NCBI GenBank assembly: GCA_963787255.1
Contig: CAWBCJ010000029.1
Location: 768,001-832,000 of the forward strand
DNA from: Methanobacteriota archaeon
GTDB taxonomy: Archaea; Methanobacteriota; Methanobacteria; Methanobacteriales; Methanobacteriaceae
Reading direction: 5' to 3'
Length of the DNA stretch: 64,000 nt
Shown here: positions 43,186 through 55,333 of the stretch, one piece after another
Layout: every line of letters starts with the position of its first letter
How positions within the stretch are numbered: position 1 is the stretch's first letter
The notes under the pieces: model-generated
What the model saw: the letters and a program-made list of their open reading frames with translations, nothing else
Told to the model about the DNA's origin: nothing
Database searches by the model: none
Program-made: the position numbers and the translations under genes

Positions 43186-44136
43186 TTAAATTATTTCCTT
43201 AGTTTCATTTTTAACCACTTCTGCAGCTTTTATAAAACTTTTCCTTTCATCTTCACTCATTTTAATAGGTAATATTCCCTTAATTCCCTCTATTCCTAAT
43301 TTAACGGGCACTCCAAGACAAACATCTTCAATGTTTTCAATTTCTCCCTCTAAATAGGCACTAACAGTTAGAATCTTATTTTCATCGTTTAATATGGTAG
43401 TAACAATGTTAGAAATTGCAAAGGCAGGTCCGTATTCAGTTGCTCCTTTTTTACTAATTATATTATTCCCTGCATTTTTAACGCTTTCTATGGTTTTTTT
43501 AATGTCGAAGGGCTTGTAACCGGTAAAGTAGTCCCAAGCTGAATAGTATTCAATGGGAATACCACCAATAGATGTTGAACTAATTAATGGAACCATATGG
43601 GGTCCATGCTGACCTATTATTCTAGTATGTATCTCACTTACGTGCACGTGGAAGTGTTTTGCAATGTAATTTTTAAATCTAAGGGAATCAAGGTGGTTTC
43701 CAAGTCCAAAAACCTTGTTTTTCTTAAATCCAGAAGCTTTTAAGGCCACATAGGTCATTATATCGACAGGATTGGTTATTACGAGTATTATTGAATCTGG
43801 AGCAACTTCTGCAATTTTCTTTGAATATTCTGCTACTATTTGTGCATTTTGAACTCCAAGATCTTCTCTTTCCATCCCCGGCTTTCTTGAAGCTCCGGCA
43901 GCTAAAACTACAACACTGGATCCTGCAATATCTTCAAGTTCGCAGGAAGTTTTTATAGATACATAAATTCCCTTTGCAGCCAGTGCATCATAAATGTCCA
44001 GAGATTCTCCTTGTATTTTGCATAAGCTTTCATCTCGGGCAATAAGCACTAATCTATTTACAGAATTCTCTTCAGCCAGGCAGAAGGCTGCTGCCCTGCC
44101 TACTCTTCCTGTTGCACCAATTATACTAACTTTCAA
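43186..44136 (-). CDS. mdh: malate/lactate dehydrogenase family protein (archaeal MDH)
   Basis: IIGATGRVG, RKPGM.REDL, ITNPVD, LDSLR, IGQHG, KGATEYGP. Confidence 0.88.
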   Translation of the reverse strand: MKVSIIGATGRVGRAAAFCLAEENSVNRLVLIARDESLCKIQGESLDIYDALAAKGIYVSIKTSCELEDIAGSSVVVLAAGASRKPGMEREDLGVQNAQIVAEYSKKIAEVAPDSIILVITNPVDIMTYVALKASGFKKNKVFGLGNHLDSLRFKNYIAKHFHVHVSEIHTRIIGQHGPHMVPLISSTSIGGIPIEYYSAWDYFTGYKPFDIKKTIESVKNAGNNIISKKGATEYGPAFAISNIVTTILNDENKILTVSAYLEGEIENIEDVCLGVPVKLGIEGIKGILPIKMSEDERKSFIKAAEVVKNETKEII

Positions 44137-44372
44137 AATAACACCTCAAATGAATAGAAATTAAGAATTTAGTGAAGTTTTTAAAATACTGATATCTTTC
44201 CTATTATTTATTAAAATTAATTATTATATTTTAAATAATAAAAAGTAATGGAATTTTTTTTGAAATTATTTTATATTTAAATTGATTATAACTCAAAAAA
44301 AATTGGAGGAAACAAGTTGAGATTCTTTTTTATAACAATTATGAGATTTAAATATTTCCATTACATTATTGC

Positions 44373-44933
44373 TTATTTTATTTTCTTCAATGATGTCTCA
44401 GCAACTTTTTTAACAAAGCTGCTTTTATCTTCAAGTGCTTTATTTAAGGGTCCAATAGCTCGAGGGTCACCTAATTCTCCCAGGGAATATGCTGCTCCAC
44501 TCCTTACAAAACCACTTTCATCATCTAATAATCCTACAAGTGGTTCAAATGCTTCTTTATTTTTTATTTTTCCAAGTGCCCATGCTGCACCCCCTCTAAC
44601 ACGCCAATTATCGTCTTTTAAGGCATTTATAAGGGACTTTACGGCAGGATTTCCTATTTGTGCAAGTGCACCAGATGCAGCTCGCCTAACCCATTTATTT
44701 CCATCATCCATGGTATTTATAAGTGGATCAACAGCTCTTTCATCTCCAATTAGTCCAAGTGTGAGTGCTACTCCTCTTCTGACATTTTTATCAGTATCTT
44801 CTAGGGCATCAATTAGATCTTCAACTGCGGGCTCTCCTATTTCTTCTAAGAGATCCATGTTCTGGCGCTGAACGAGCTCGTCTTCATCCTTTAAATTTTG
44901 GATCAATCTTTTAATATTTTCTTCTCTTTCCAT
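44373..44933 (-). CDS. HEAT/PBS-lyase repeat protein
   Basis: repeated VR..AA.ALG.IG...AV.PLI.AL.D units. Confidence 0.9.
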   Translation of the reverse strand: MEREENIKRLIQNLKDEDELVQRQNMDLLEEIGEPAVEDLIDALEDTDKNVRRGVALTLGLIGDERAVDPLINTMDDGNKWVRRAASGALAQIGNPAVKSLINALKDDNWRVRGGAAWALGKIKNKEAFEPLVGLLDDESGFVRSGAAYSLGELGDPRAIGPLNKALEDKSSFVKKVAETSLKKIK

Positions 44934-45280
44934 TTTTTATAAATCCCCTATTATCTGCATTTATGACAAATAAATTTACTTAAAATAGATTACTGTAGAT
45001 TTAAAATCCAAATAAGGTGATTATAATTTTTTTTTGTATGTATATTATTATGTCTTTAAAGTACATATATTTAATGCAAAAAGAAAGGATGAAAAAATCA
45101 ATATTAATTACTTTCATAATATTGATAAAAATGCATATAAAAGATTTATTTAATATTTTAAATAGAAATAGACAGATTGCTTAGATTAAAAATGTTAATT
45201 ATGCTGATAAAATTAAATAGACAATCAATTAATGGGAGACTCATTTAATATTGAAATTCCGTATTTAATTTTATTTTATA

Positions 45281-46285
45281 TTAGGCTATAACGCTGCTGT
45301 CCATTTCTGTACATTCATCTTCATTATAGAGAGCATTTATAATGTCCATAGCAATTTTTTCTCCCTTTTTATATTTAATTTCTTTAAATATATTGAGTGA
45401 CTTTTTAAAAACATCATATATCTTGTTTTCTTTACCTAATAAATAGTATATAACTCCTAAAAGAAGAAGAGAGAACGCTTCACCTTCATTATCTCCAGTT
45501 TTATGAGATACATTAAATGCAGTTTTTAAATTTTGCATGGCGCTGTAAGGCTTGTCTTCCTTCATAAAATAATTACCAAGTAATTGAAGCATTGCCACCT
45601 CTTTTTTGTAATCTTCCTTTCTTTGAGCTTCAAAAAGGGATTTTTGGAAATAACCAGATTCATATTCTGCTTTAGAAGGCTCTTTGACATTAGAATTTTT
45701 TTCAATGATTTTCATAATTTCTTCTAATTTTAGAGATATTCTTTCGTAACTTAAATGGCAGTTAAATACTTCTTTTTCTCCATCCTCGATATAAGTGGTT
45801 TTTTCAACTTCACTTCTATCATCTTTAGAAATGTCAGAATATTCTTTTTCTATTTCAGTATTTATTTTTTCTTCGTTTGCAAGTTCTATTGCTTCTTTAA
45901 TGTCACTTACTTCTTTCATTTTTTCCAGTAAATCCTCTTTCATTGAAGATCTGGCAGCTGAATAAAGGTTATATGCTGTCTGATATTTTTCCAGCGCTTT
46001 ATTCATTTCCCTCATGCTTAAGTAAACATCTCCAATTAGATCCTGTGCAAAAGCTTCAGATTCTATATCGTATAGTGATGAGTAGATATTGGCAGCTTTT
46101 TTTAGGTGAGAAAGAGATTCCACGTATTTTTCATCTTTGTAATATAATAAGCCTATGTCTATTAGAACGTCAGCTTCATTTTCCTGATATTCATGAAGTT
46201 TTTCTTCGTAATGCTTGAGTGATCCTTTCTGTTTAAGATTGTCAATTACTCCAATGGAGCGAAAAATATCCCACATAGATAACAC
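45281..46285 (-). CDS. tetratricopeptide repeat protein
   Basis: TPR-like helical repeats (EA.....IG..Y) in N- and C-terminal clusters. Confidence 0.75.
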   Translation of the reverse strand: MLSMWDIFRSIGVIDNLKQKGSLKHYEEKLHEYQENEADVLIDIGLLYYKDEKYVESLSHLKKAANIYSSLYDIESEAFAQDLIGDVYLSMREMNKALEKYQTAYNLYSAARSSMKEDLLEKMKEVSDIKEAIELANEEKINTEIEKEYSDISKDDRSEVEKTTYIEDGEKEVFNCHLSYERISLKLEEIMKIIEKNSNVKEPSKAEYESGYFQKSLFEAQRKEDYKKEVAMLQLLGNYFMKEDKPYSAMQNLKTAFNVSHKTGDNEGEAFSLLLLGVIYYLLGKENKIYDVFKKSLNIFKEIKYKKGEKIAMDIINALYNEDECTEMDSSVIA

Positions 46286-46468
46286 CTGATTTAGGTTAGT
46301 ATTATAACTAATTTTTATTCGAATAAGGATATATTATAGTATTAGATAAATAAAGATATTTCTTTAATTATAATAGAATTGATTTTACTAAATATAATAG
46401 AACAAAAATAGTAACTACTTTGATTTTTTTTAATAAAAAAGGCCTTAAAATATTTATTTGGTGATAAA

Positions 46469-47458
46469 ATGCACGATGTAGCAATTATTTCTGGAGATGG
46501 GGTTGGAAATGAGGTTATGGGGGCAACAATAAGCGTTTTAGAGTTACTGGATGTAGAATTTAATTATATAAATGCACATGCGGGTCATGAGTGTTTTAAA
46601 AAAACAGGGACCACGATTCCTGAAGAAACAGTTAAATTAGCAAAAAAATCTGACGCAACACTTTTTGGTGCTGTTACTACTGTTCCTGGCCAGAAAAGCG
46701 CTATTATAACCCTTAGAAAAGAACTAGATCTTTACGCAAATTTAAGGCCTGTTAAGTCATACCGTGGAGTTAAAGGACTTTTCAATGATTTAGATTTTGT
46801 GATTGTCCGGGAAAATACTGAAGGGCTTTATTCTGGTATTGAAGAAGAAACTGATGATGGTGCAACTGCTTTAAGGGTTATTACCCGAACTGCAAGTGAG
46901 CGGATCTGTAAGTTTGCATTTAATCATGCTAAGGAGAATGGTAGACAGAAAGTTACAGCAGTTCATAAGGCAAATGTGCTTAAAAAGACCGATGGAATAT
47001 TTAAAGAGGCTTTTTATAAAATTGCTCAAGATTTTGGTGAAATTAAAGCAGAAGATTATTATGTGGATGCTGTGGCCATGTTTTTAGTCACCAAGCCACA
47101 GATGTTTGATATTATTGTAACTACAAATCTCTTTGGCGATATTCTTTCTGATGAAGGCGCGGGGCTTGTTGGCGGGCTTGGATTAACACCATCTGCTAAT
47201 ATTGGAGAAAATAATGGGCTATTTGAGCCGGTACATGGTTCTGGACCGGATATTGCAGGTAAAGGTATTGCTAACCCATCTGCCATGATATTATCTTCTG
47301 TAATGATGCTGGATTACTTAAAAGAGCATGATGCTGCACGTAATGTTGAAAACGCCTTAAAAATGGTATTAAGTGAAGGTAAAATTCTGACGCCGGATAT
47401 TGGCGGAAATGCTTCTACAATAGAAATGGCTTGTGAAATACGATCAAAAATAGTATAA
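46469..47458 (+). CDS. isopropylmalate/homoisocitrate dehydrogenase family (LeuB/AksF)
   Basis: GDGVG.EV, LYANLRP, RENTEG, VHKANV, NLFGDILSD, FEPVHGS.PDIAG. Confidence 0.92.
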   Translation: MHDVAIISGDGVGNEVMGATISVLELLDVEFNYINAHAGHECFKKTGTTIPEETVKLAKKSDATLFGAVTTVPGQKSAIITLRKELDLYANLRPVKSYRGVKGLFNDLDFVIVRENTEGLYSGIEEETDDGATALRVITRTASERICKFAFNHAKENGRQKVTAVHKANVLKKTDGIFKEAFYKIAQDFGEIKAEDYYVDAVAMFLVTKPQMFDIIVTTNLFGDILSDEGAGLVGGLGLTPSANIGENNGLFEPVHGSGPDIAGKGIANPSAMILSSVMMLDYLKEHDAARNVENALKMVLSEGKILTPDIGGNASTIEMACEIRSKIV

Positions 47459-47850
47459 AATGGAATTTTAGTTTATTTGGTACATTAAACATGCAATAGT
47501 TATATTTTTAATATAAGTGGAAGTTAATATGCTTGTAATGGATATTAAACAATTTTTATATTTAAATTAATCAGAAAGACTATAAATTTAAAGATTAAAA
47601 GCCTGAAATTAGATACATAATACTGTCTAGTTTCAAAATAAACTTTTAGGAAAATATAAGAATAATTAAATAGTAGTCACATAGTAAGTTTTATATTGAT
47701 ACAAAAACATAATTTTCTATAGAATTAAGGGTGATATTTACTGTATTATCGTTTTAAAGTCATTGAAAATGTTCATTCAGATAATTACAGATCATCTTTA
47801 ATCAACTTATAATAATGTTTAAGAAATTTTTATGATAATGGAGGTGTTTT

Positions 47851-48951
47851 TTGATGAAAACAACAATAAGTGTAATTAAAGCAGACGTTGGAAGTGTTGC
47901 AGGACACGGATTGGCTCATCCAGCCCTACTTGCAAAATGTGAGGAATTTCTTGCAAAGGCAAAAGAAGAAGAGTTACTTATGGACTATTATGTAACAAAC
48001 TGTGGTGACGACACAGAACTTATAATGACCCATAAACAGGGTGAAGAAAACGAAGAAATCCATAAATTAGCATGGGATGCATTTTTAGAAGCAACAGCAG
48101 TTGCAAAAGAGCTAAAACTTTATGGAGCAGGTCAAGACCTTCTTTCTGACACATTTTCAGGAAACATTAAAGGAATGGGGCCAGGTGTTGCAGAAATGGA
48201 ATTCAAAGAAAGACCAAGCGACCCTGTAGTCATTTTCTGCTGTGATAAAACAGAACCAGGAGCATTTAACATGCCTCTCTTTAAAATGTTTGCAGATCCA
48301 TTTACTACCGCAGGACTTGTAATTGACCCATCACTCCACAACGGATTTGAATTTGAAATATTTGACGTAATGGAACATAAAATGGTTAAAATGAGCTGTC
48401 CAGAAGAAATGTACGATGCACTAGCACTTTTAGGTTCAATTAGCAGGTATGTTATTAAACGTATAAGAAGAAAAGACGACAATGAAATAGCTGCATCAAT
48501 AAGCACAGAAAGGTTAAACCTGCTGGCAGGTAAATATGTTGGAAAAGACGATCCTGTAGCAATTGTAAGGGCTCAATCAGGATTCCCTGCAGCTGGAGAA
48601 GTTGTAGAGCCATTCGCATTCCCACATCTAGTAGGTGGATGGATGAGAGGTTCACATAACGGCCCATTAATGCCTGTAGCACAGAAAAATGCATATCCTG
48701 TGAGATTTGACGGCCCTCCACGAGTAATGGCCCTTGGATTCCAGATTGCAGAAGGTAAATTAATAGGTCCAGCTGATATGTTTGATGACCCATCTTATGA
48801 CAGATCAAGGGAACTTGCATCTGAAATAGCTGAATATATGAGAAGACATGGTCCATTCGAGCCACACAGGCTTCCAAGTGATGAAATGGAGTACACAAGT
48901 CTCCCCGGAGTTATGGAAAAATTAGAAGGAAGATTTGAGGATATTGATTAA
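47851..48951 (+). CDS. fbp: fructose-1,6-bisphosphate aldolase/phosphatase
   Basis: KADVGS..GH, CGDD, YGAGQDLL, DKTEPGAFN, GKYVGKDDP, GWMRGSH. Confidence 0.97.
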   Translation: MMKTTISVIKADVGSVAGHGLAHPALLAKCEEFLAKAKEEELLMDYYVTNCGDDTELIMTHKQGEENEEIHKLAWDAFLEATAVAKELKLYGAGQDLLSDTFSGNIKGMGPGVAEMEFKERPSDPVVIFCCDKTEPGAFNMPLFKMFADPFTTAGLVIDPSLHNGFEFEIFDVMEHKMVKMSCPEEMYDALALLGSISRYVIKRIRRKDDNEIAASISTERLNLLAGKYVGKDDPVAIVRAQSGFPAAGEVVEPFAFPHLVGGWMRGSHNGPLMPVAQKNAYPVRFDGPPRVMALGFQIAEGKLIGPADMFDDPSYDRSRELASEIAEYMRRHGPFEPHRLPSDEMEYTSLPGVMEKLEGRFEDID

Positions 48952-48999
48952 TTCTCAAAAATCTTTTTTTTATTTTATTTTTAATTATTTAATCTAATT

Positions 49000-49788
49000 T
49001 TATTCTAAAAACAATTTAGAAGGATTATCGATACACATTTTATTTATATCTGTTTTTTTAATTCCACATTCCTGCATGGAAGTTACAAACATTTTCATTC
49101 CTTCTACAGGCATTGGATTGTGAGTTTGACCAAAATCTGTTGCCATAATACATTTTTTTGCTCCAATTTCTTTTATTGCATCTGCAATTATATGAGGATC
49201 TAAATTATCATGCTTTTCCATGCAGGCAACAAAACAGTGTTCTAAATAGGCATATCCAGACATTTCCTTTTGTTCGTCAACTGACGCACCTACAACGCCT
49301 GTTAAAGGGTGATTAATGATTATTTTCTTGATATTCATGCTCCTTGCATGATCCATGAGTAAAAAAATTTCATCAGGCTTTAGATGTCCTGTTGCTAAAA
49401 CCAGATCATTCTGTGCAATTATATTTAGAATTTCTTCAGTTTTTTCATAATTCAAATCAATATTTGGAGCGGAAATTGTTGGAAACCATACTATTTTCCC
49501 ATCAAGAGCTGCCATAACTCTAACAGCCTCTGGATTCAGACCACCGACACTTAAATTTAAACACACCCCTCCAATCACGTTTAATCCTGATATTTCACTT
49601 GCAATTTTGGCCCTACTTGCAGTGGATTCAACGTGAGATTTAATGATAATTGCGCTCATTCTCTCTTTTTTAGCTTCAACTGCAGCATTAATGTCGTTTA
49701 ATGCTCTTGGCTTAATATCTGGAGCGGTATGGATATGGGTGTCTATAAAACCATTAATTTGGAATTTATTTCTATTATTCATGAACAA
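49000..49788 (-). CDS. amidohydrolase-fold protein (DUF6282-like)
   Basis: DTHIHTAPD, IKSH, ATGHL, INHP, ATDFGQ. Confidence 0.8.
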   Translation of the reverse strand: MFMNNRNKFQINGFIDTHIHTAPDIKPRALNDINAAVEAKKERMSAIIIKSHVESTASRAKIASEISGLNVIGGVCLNLSVGGLNPEAVRVMAALDGKIVWFPTISAPNIDLNYEKTEEILNIIAQNDLVLATGHLKPDEIFLLMDHARSMNIKKIIINHPLTGVVGASVDEQKEMSGYAYLEHCFVACMEKHDNLDPHIIADAIKEIGAKKCIMATDFGQTHNPMPVEGMKMFVTSMQECGIKKTDINKMCIDNPSKLFLE

Positions 49789-49829
49789 TCGCTTTTTAAA
49801 TTAAATAAGAATTATATATGGTATTTTTT

Positions 49830-50387
49830 TTAAGACTTTATATTTTTTTTAACTTCTTCGTAAAGATTGTTGCCGTGAGAATCCATTGCAACGACTAGAG
49901 GGCCGAAATCTTTAACTTCAAGCTCCCATATTGCTTCAGGAACTCCTAAATCGATCCAGTTAACGCTTTTTACTTTTAAAATTGATTTAACATATAATGC
50001 TGCGCATCCTCCAACTGCTGCAAGGTAAACTGCATTATTTTCTTCAAGTGCACTGGCAGTGTTTTCATCCATGCCCCCTTTCCCAATTACGGCTTTTACA
50101 CCTAATTTTAAAACGCCGGGCTGGTATGGATTCATTCTGGTGCTTGTTGTGGGTCCTACTGCTATCATTTCATAATTTAAATTCTCATTTTCGCCTGAAG
50201 ACCTTATAATAGGGCCTGCATGGAAAATAACGGCCCCTTTAAGATTTACAGGTGAACCTTCGTCTAAAATTCTCTGATGGGCTCTGTCCCTAGCAGTATA
50301 AATAGTACCAGATAAATAAACAATATTTCCAACTTCTAATTTTTTAATATCCTCTTTTGAAAGCGGTATTTTTAGTTTCATGCTCAT
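49830..50387 (-). CDS. Fe-S hydro-lyase beta subunit (fumarate hydratase/tartrate dehydratase beta)
   Basis: [37 protein letters not shown]. Confidence 0.92.
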   Translation of the reverse strand: MSMKLKIPLSKEDIKKLEVGNIVYLSGTIYTARDRAHQRILDEGSPVNLKGAVIFHAGPIIRSSGENENLNYEMIAVGPTTSTRMNPYQPGVLKLGVKAVIGKGGMDENTASALEENNAVYLAAVGGCAALYVKSILKVKSVNWIDLGVPEAIWELEVKDFGPLVVAMDSHGNNLYEEVKKNIKS

Positions 50388-50724
50388 AAATTCACCTATA
50401 TTCTTATGTTGATTCCTATTATAAATAAAAAGTAGCTTCAAGTTCATGCAGATGTAATGCCAAAATGTAATTAAGTTAATATGATTGTCGATGTATTAAA
50501 TCAGCTAATTATAATCAACAATTTTAAATTAAGTTTAAAAAACTTACTCAACAACATCTTTAATTCCATATATTTATATATTCATTTTTTAATATCTTAT
50601 TTGAAAAATGATGTTTTAAGTTTTTTGATATTTAATAAAAATATACTCATATATTGTTATAATAGTAAATATAGTGAATAATAGTTATTTTATCGATAAA
50701 AAAAATGATTATCAGAGGTTAATT

Positions 50725-52560
50725 ATGTCCAGTGACAACTTAGTAGGTCTTACAAAGTATATCATGACTCTTCCATCAACAAGGGCTTCACTTTTCAGCA
50801 TGGCATTTCTAAGCTTTATAATAGGTTGTATAGCTTCTTTAATGGAGCCATCAGCAAAAGATTCAATACTTTACAGCATCATATACGGCGGTTCAGCGGG
50901 TTTTTTAATTTTTGGATTAACATCAATAATGAGCGGGGGGTTAACTCAGCCACTATTAAACTCTTTTAATGGTAGACACATGAAAATGAAGCAGTCGATG
51001 TTTCTTGCATTTGCTTCAATGATAATAATAGGTTTTATATACATAATTGGAAGTATAGTCAGTGCATTTTCAGTTTATGAATATATTGTTGATGCACTTA
51101 TTTTCGGCTCTGCCATTATGTTTGCCTTTAGAATCATTGCTATATGGGGAACATCGAATATCAGTCTTCTAAAATCCATTGCTGTATCAGCGATTCAACC
51201 TGCACTTATACTCAGCATGGTGATAGTTATAGTCTTTTTAACAAGTATAAGCACTAACATTGGTAATTTCAGCATCATAGCTCTTTTTTTAAAGATATTT
51301 ATTGCCTCTTTGATAATGTTGATTGCAATTTATTCTCTAGTTATGATTTTAGAATCTCCAATGAGGAGAAATTTGGGTGTAGGAGGTTTAGAGCTTTTAA
51401 GCCTAACTTTAGCCCACGTTACAGAGGGTTCTTCTGCAATGGAAAACCTTTTTGAAGATATGGGCGAGCCCATTGACACATTAATAGGTATTATAAGTTT
51501 TAAGGGAAAGAAAGGCATTAAATCAATTTTCCTAGCTCCTTGTGTTCATCCAGGCCCAATAGGAAACATTGGGGGTGGAAACATGCCCACAATTCTGGCA
51601 AGCAAGTTTGACATTTTCACAATGGTTTCTCATGGCCCTTCAACCCATGATTTCAATCCAGTTGCCTCAAAAGAGATAAATAAGATAGAAAAAGTTGTAA
51701 AAGATACTTTAGATGATATGGATTATTCTGAAAATGCCAGTGAATTCTTTAGAGTTGAAAATGAAGGAGCAAAAATAGGCGCACAGTATTTTGATAACAA
51801 TTTATTGATGCTTGCTACATTCTCGCCTAAAGGATTTGACGATATTGATTTTGGAGTGGGTCTTGCCATTATGAACCAAGCCAAATCCAGCTCCGGGATA
51901 GAAAATGTTATACTTGTAGACTGCCATAACTGCTTCAAAGGAGAAGGAGGCAGAGTTCTACCAGGTAATAAGGAAGTTTTCGAACTCATGGGTGCGGCTC
52001 AAAAAATTAAAGCCCCACAGCATCAACACAAAATGAGAGTGGGATGTGCCGGCGATCCAATGGATAAAATGTCTAAAGAAGAGGGCATGGGTGAAAGTGG
52101 GATAAAAGTAATGGTCCTGGAAGCATACGGCCCCAATAAAACTTCCCAAAAGACTGCATACATACTTTTAGATTCAAACAACATGCTTATAGGATTTAGG
52201 GAGAAAATAATAGAAAAAGTACTTGATTTAGGGCTGGATCATGCAGAAGTAATGACCACTGATACACATTACGTAAATACACTCTCTGGAGGTCATAATC
52301 CTGTTGGAAAGAAAAAACAAGACCAAATAATAGAATCCATTTTAGAATGTACAAAAGATGCTATAATTGATTTAGAAGAAGTTTCAATAGGATTTAAAGT
52401 ATCTCGTATTGAAGGGATTAAAACTCTTGGCCCTACACAAGCTACCGAACTTGTAACTACAATAAGCTCAATAGTGGCTGTTAGCAGAATATTCGCGCCC
52501 CTTATATTCATATTAGCATTATTATCCGTGTTTATATGGATATTTTACTGGGCATTCTAG
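50725..52560 (+). CDS. DUF2070 family membrane protein
   Basis: multi-TM N-terminus; [28 protein letters not shown]. Confidence 0.85.
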   Translation: MSSDNLVGLTKYIMTLPSTRASLFSMAFLSFIIGCIASLMEPSAKDSILYSIIYGGSAGFLIFGLTSIMSGGLTQPLLNSFNGRHMKMKQSMFLAFASMIIIGFIYIIGSIVSAFSVYEYIVDALIFGSAIMFAFRIIAIWGTSNISLLKSIAVSAIQPALILSMVIVIVFLTSISTNIGNFSIIALFLKIFIASLIMLIAIYSLVMILESPMRRNLGVGGLELLSLTLAHVTEGSSAMENLFEDMGEPIDTLIGIISFKGKKGIKSIFLAPCVHPGPIGNIGGGNMPTILASKFDIFTMVSHGPSTHDFNPVASKEINKIEKVVKDTLDDMDYSENASEFFRVENEGAKIGAQYFDNNLLMLATFSPKGFDDIDFGVGLAIMNQAKSSSGIENVILVDCHNCFKGEGGRVLPGNKEVFELMGAAQKIKAPQHQHKMRVGCAGDPMDKMSKEEGMGESGIKVMVLEAYGPNKTSQKTAYILLDSNNMLIGFREKIIEKVLDLGLDHAEVMTTDTHYVNTLSGGHNPVGKKKQDQIIESILECTKDAIIDLEEVSIGFKVSRIEGIKTLGPTQATELVTTISSIVAVSRIFAPLIFILALLSVFIWIFYWAF

Positions 52561-52613
52561 TAATTAAGATATAGTACTTTTAAAAGAGAAAAAAACAAGG
52601 GGAAGAGTATTAT

Positions 52614-52892
52614 TTAAATATTCATGAATATAATCCAGACTATCATCCATAAAAAGAAGAAAGGCACGATACCGCTCCATAACCATCCCTTTAATCCACC
52701 TACTTCTTCTTTACCAAATAATCTTTCTGAAACCTGGCCCATTAAATAAAGAATAATTAATCCACTTAAAATTCCTAATAATTCATTTTTTCCTAGCCCT
52801 GCTATAGCTCCGTTTGATAATAAAAATGATAAGTAACCCGCAGCTATTGCAGCAATTCCATGAATTGCAGCTATTTTACCGTCTACGTCCAT
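52614..52892 (-). CDS. small three-TM archaeal membrane protein (possibly DUF5379/EMC6-like)
   Basis: GGAGG RBS before MDVDGK; C-terminal W...GI.PF...W...W. Confidence 0.7.
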   Translation of the reverse strand: MDVDGKIAAIHGIAAIAAGYLSFLLSNGAIAGLGKNELLGILSGLIILYLMGQVSERLFGKEEVGGLKGWLWSGIVPFFFLWMIVWIIFMNI

Positions 52893-53307
52893 AATTTTTC
52901 CTCCACATGTTTTAACTTTATAACAATAATAATTTTCAATAAATGTTATCATCAAAAACTAATAATATTAATTCGATGACTTTTAATTTATGTTCTAACA
53001 AAAATATACTTGAGCATTTTTAATTAGAATCAGTTCTTTATATACTTTGGTTAGATTACTAATAAATGTTTTATCTTTAAAAATATAATTTTGATACTTC
53101 ATAATGATGTTATATAGTAAATGTATTGACCAGATATGTTAACTGTAGTTTATTAATAAATATTTAAGAGTAATGTAAGTTAAAATTAACCATTGCAAAG
53201 ATTAACACGTTCTAGATTCACGCAATTGAATGAGGAAGAGAGTTTCAAAATTTATTAACTATATATTTCAATGTTTCAAGAGTTTTAATATTATTTAGGT
53301 GTTATTA

Positions 53308-55284
53308 ATGAAAACAATGTCTAATGTGGATGTTTATGCTATTTGTCAGGAATTAAAAGAATTACTAAAAGGTGCAAGGGTAGATAAGGCTTTCCAGCCT
53401 ACTAAAGATACAGTTTTAATTAGATTCCATGTATCTGGTAAAGGAAGAGTTGATGTTGTCTTCCAGGCAGGTATTAGAATGCATTCAACTCAATATCCGC
53501 TTCCTAATCCAAAAATACCTCCTAACTTCCCAATGCTTCTTAGGAAATACATTAAAGGTGCAACAGTAGAAGATATCAGACAATACAACTTTGACCGTAT
53601 AATAGAACTTCATGTGAAAAAAGAACAGAAGTTTACATTGGTAGTTGAATTGTTTGCAAAGGGCAATATAATACTTTTAAACGAAGAAGGGATGATTATT
53701 TTACCTCTTAAACGTAAATTATGGAGTGACCGAAAAATATCCTCCAAGGAAGATTATAAATATCCTCCAAAAAGAGGTATAAATCCTTTGGAGTTAGAAA
53801 AGGATGAACTTAAAGAATTATTTGAAAAATCACCTACTGACGTAATAAGAACCCTTGCAAGAAGTGGATTAGGCGGTATTTACGCTGAAGAGGTTATAAT
53901 AAGGTCAGGAATCCGCAAAGAAGTGCTTGCTGCGGAAATTTCAGATGAAGATTTAGATTCTATCTACAACACCGTTAAGGAACTTTTTGAACCTCTAAAA
54001 ACATTTAATTTCCATCCTCAAATAGTAAAAGGTGAAAAAGAGGATGTTTTACCTATTGATCTCAAACTTTATGAAAATAATGAAAAAGAGATATTTGAAA
54101 CGTATAACCTTGCTGCAGATGAGTTTTACAGTAGTAAAGTAAGAGAAGACATTAAAGATGAGTATGAAGGTATATGGGGCGCGGAAGTTAATAAATTCGA
54201 GAAAAGGCTGAAAATTCAGGAAGATACTCTAGTTAAATTCAATAAAACCATTAAAGAATCAAAAAAGAAGGGAGATTTGATCTATTCCAGCTACGGGAGG
54301 ATTCAAAACATTCTGGATATTATCAAACAGGCAAGGGAAAAATATTCTTGGAATGAAATAGCTTCAAAACTTAAACTGGCCAAAAAACAGGGACTTGAAG
54401 ATGCTGAAATAATTGAATCGCTGGATAAACTGGGAAATCTCAACTTAAGAATTGATAATACTTCCATAATGATTGATGCAACTTCGCCAATACCAGAAAA
54501 CGCTGAAGTTTATTATGAAAAAGCAAAAAAGGCCAAACGTAAAATAAATGGAGTTAATATTGCAATTGAAAAAACCAAAAAAGAAATCGAAAAGGCGAAA
54601 AATAAAAAAGAAATCGAAATGGAAAGGGTAACCCTTCCAGAAAAAAGAGTTAAAAAAGAACTTAAATGGTTTGAAAAGTTTAGATGGTTCTTATCCTCAG
54701 ACGATCTTTTAGTAATTGGGGGTAGAGATGCAAATACCAATGAAATAATAGTAAAAAAATATATGGAAAATAATGATATTTACCTTCACTCAGATATACA
54801 TGGAGCACCTTCTGTTGTGATAAAAAGCGAAGGTAAAGAGATTCCAGAAACAACAATTGAAGAAGCTGCCTCATTTGCAGCATCATATTCCAGTGCATGG
54901 GCAAAAGGATATGGATCCCAGGATGTATACTGGGTTCATCCCGATCAGGTTTCAAAAACGCCACAGTCCGGAGAATTTGTCGCTAAGGGCGCATTTATAA
55001 TAAGGGGAAGCAGAAACTACATTAGAGCCGCAACACTTTTAATTGCAGTGGGTGTGGTTAATTACGAAGGCGAAAGAGTAATGGCAGGCCCGCTGGATGC
55101 TGTAAAGAAATATACAGATAAATACGTGATAATTAAACCAGGTTATACAAAAAAAGAAGCTTTAGCCAGGGGAATATTAAAAACCATCGATGAAAAACGT
55201 GTTTTTACCCTGGAAGATATGATAAGGGTTTTACCATCAGGTAAAGCAGATATTGTAGATGAGAGAAGTATCAGAAGAAGATAA
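53308..55284 (+). CDS. rqcH: ribosome rescue protein RqcH/Rqc2 (NFACT family)
   Basis: [46 protein letters not shown]. Confidence 0.93.
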   Translation: MKTMSNVDVYAICQELKELLKGARVDKAFQPTKDTVLIRFHVSGKGRVDVVFQAGIRMHSTQYPLPNPKIPPNFPMLLRKYIKGATVEDIRQYNFDRIIELHVKKEQKFTLVVELFAKGNIILLNEEGMIILPLKRKLWSDRKISSKEDYKYPPKRGINPLELEKDELKELFEKSPTDVIRTLARSGLGGIYAEEVIIRSGIRKEVLAAEISDEDLDSIYNTVKELFEPLKTFNFHPQIVKGEKEDVLPIDLKLYENNEKEIFETYNLAADEFYSSKVREDIKDEYEGIWGAEVNKFEKRLKIQEDTLVKFNKTIKESKKKGDLIYSSYGRIQNILDIIKQAREKYSWNEIASKLKLAKKQGLEDAEIIESLDKLGNLNLRIDNTSIMIDATSPIPENAEVYYEKAKKAKRKINGVNIAIEKTKKEIEKAKNKKEIEMERVTLPEKRVKKELKWFEKFRWFLSSDDLLVIGGRDANTNEIIVKKYMENNDIYLHSDIHGAPSVVIKSEGKEIPETTIEEAASFAASYSSAWAKGYGSQDVYWVHPDQVSKTPQSGEFVAKGAFIIRGSRNYIRAATLLIAVGVVNYEGERVMAGPLDAVKKYTDKYVIIKPGYTKKEALARGILKTIDEKRVFTLEDMIRVLPSGKADIVDERSIRRR

Positions 55285-55333
55285 AAAAATTTTTTGATAA
55301 ATGAAAATCATTTATTTTTAGACTTCTATTTTT

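Noticed and set aside
44317-44871. 184-aa repetitive + strand ORF
   Set aside because: Mirror of the HEAT-repeat gene; the periodicity comes from the sense repeats
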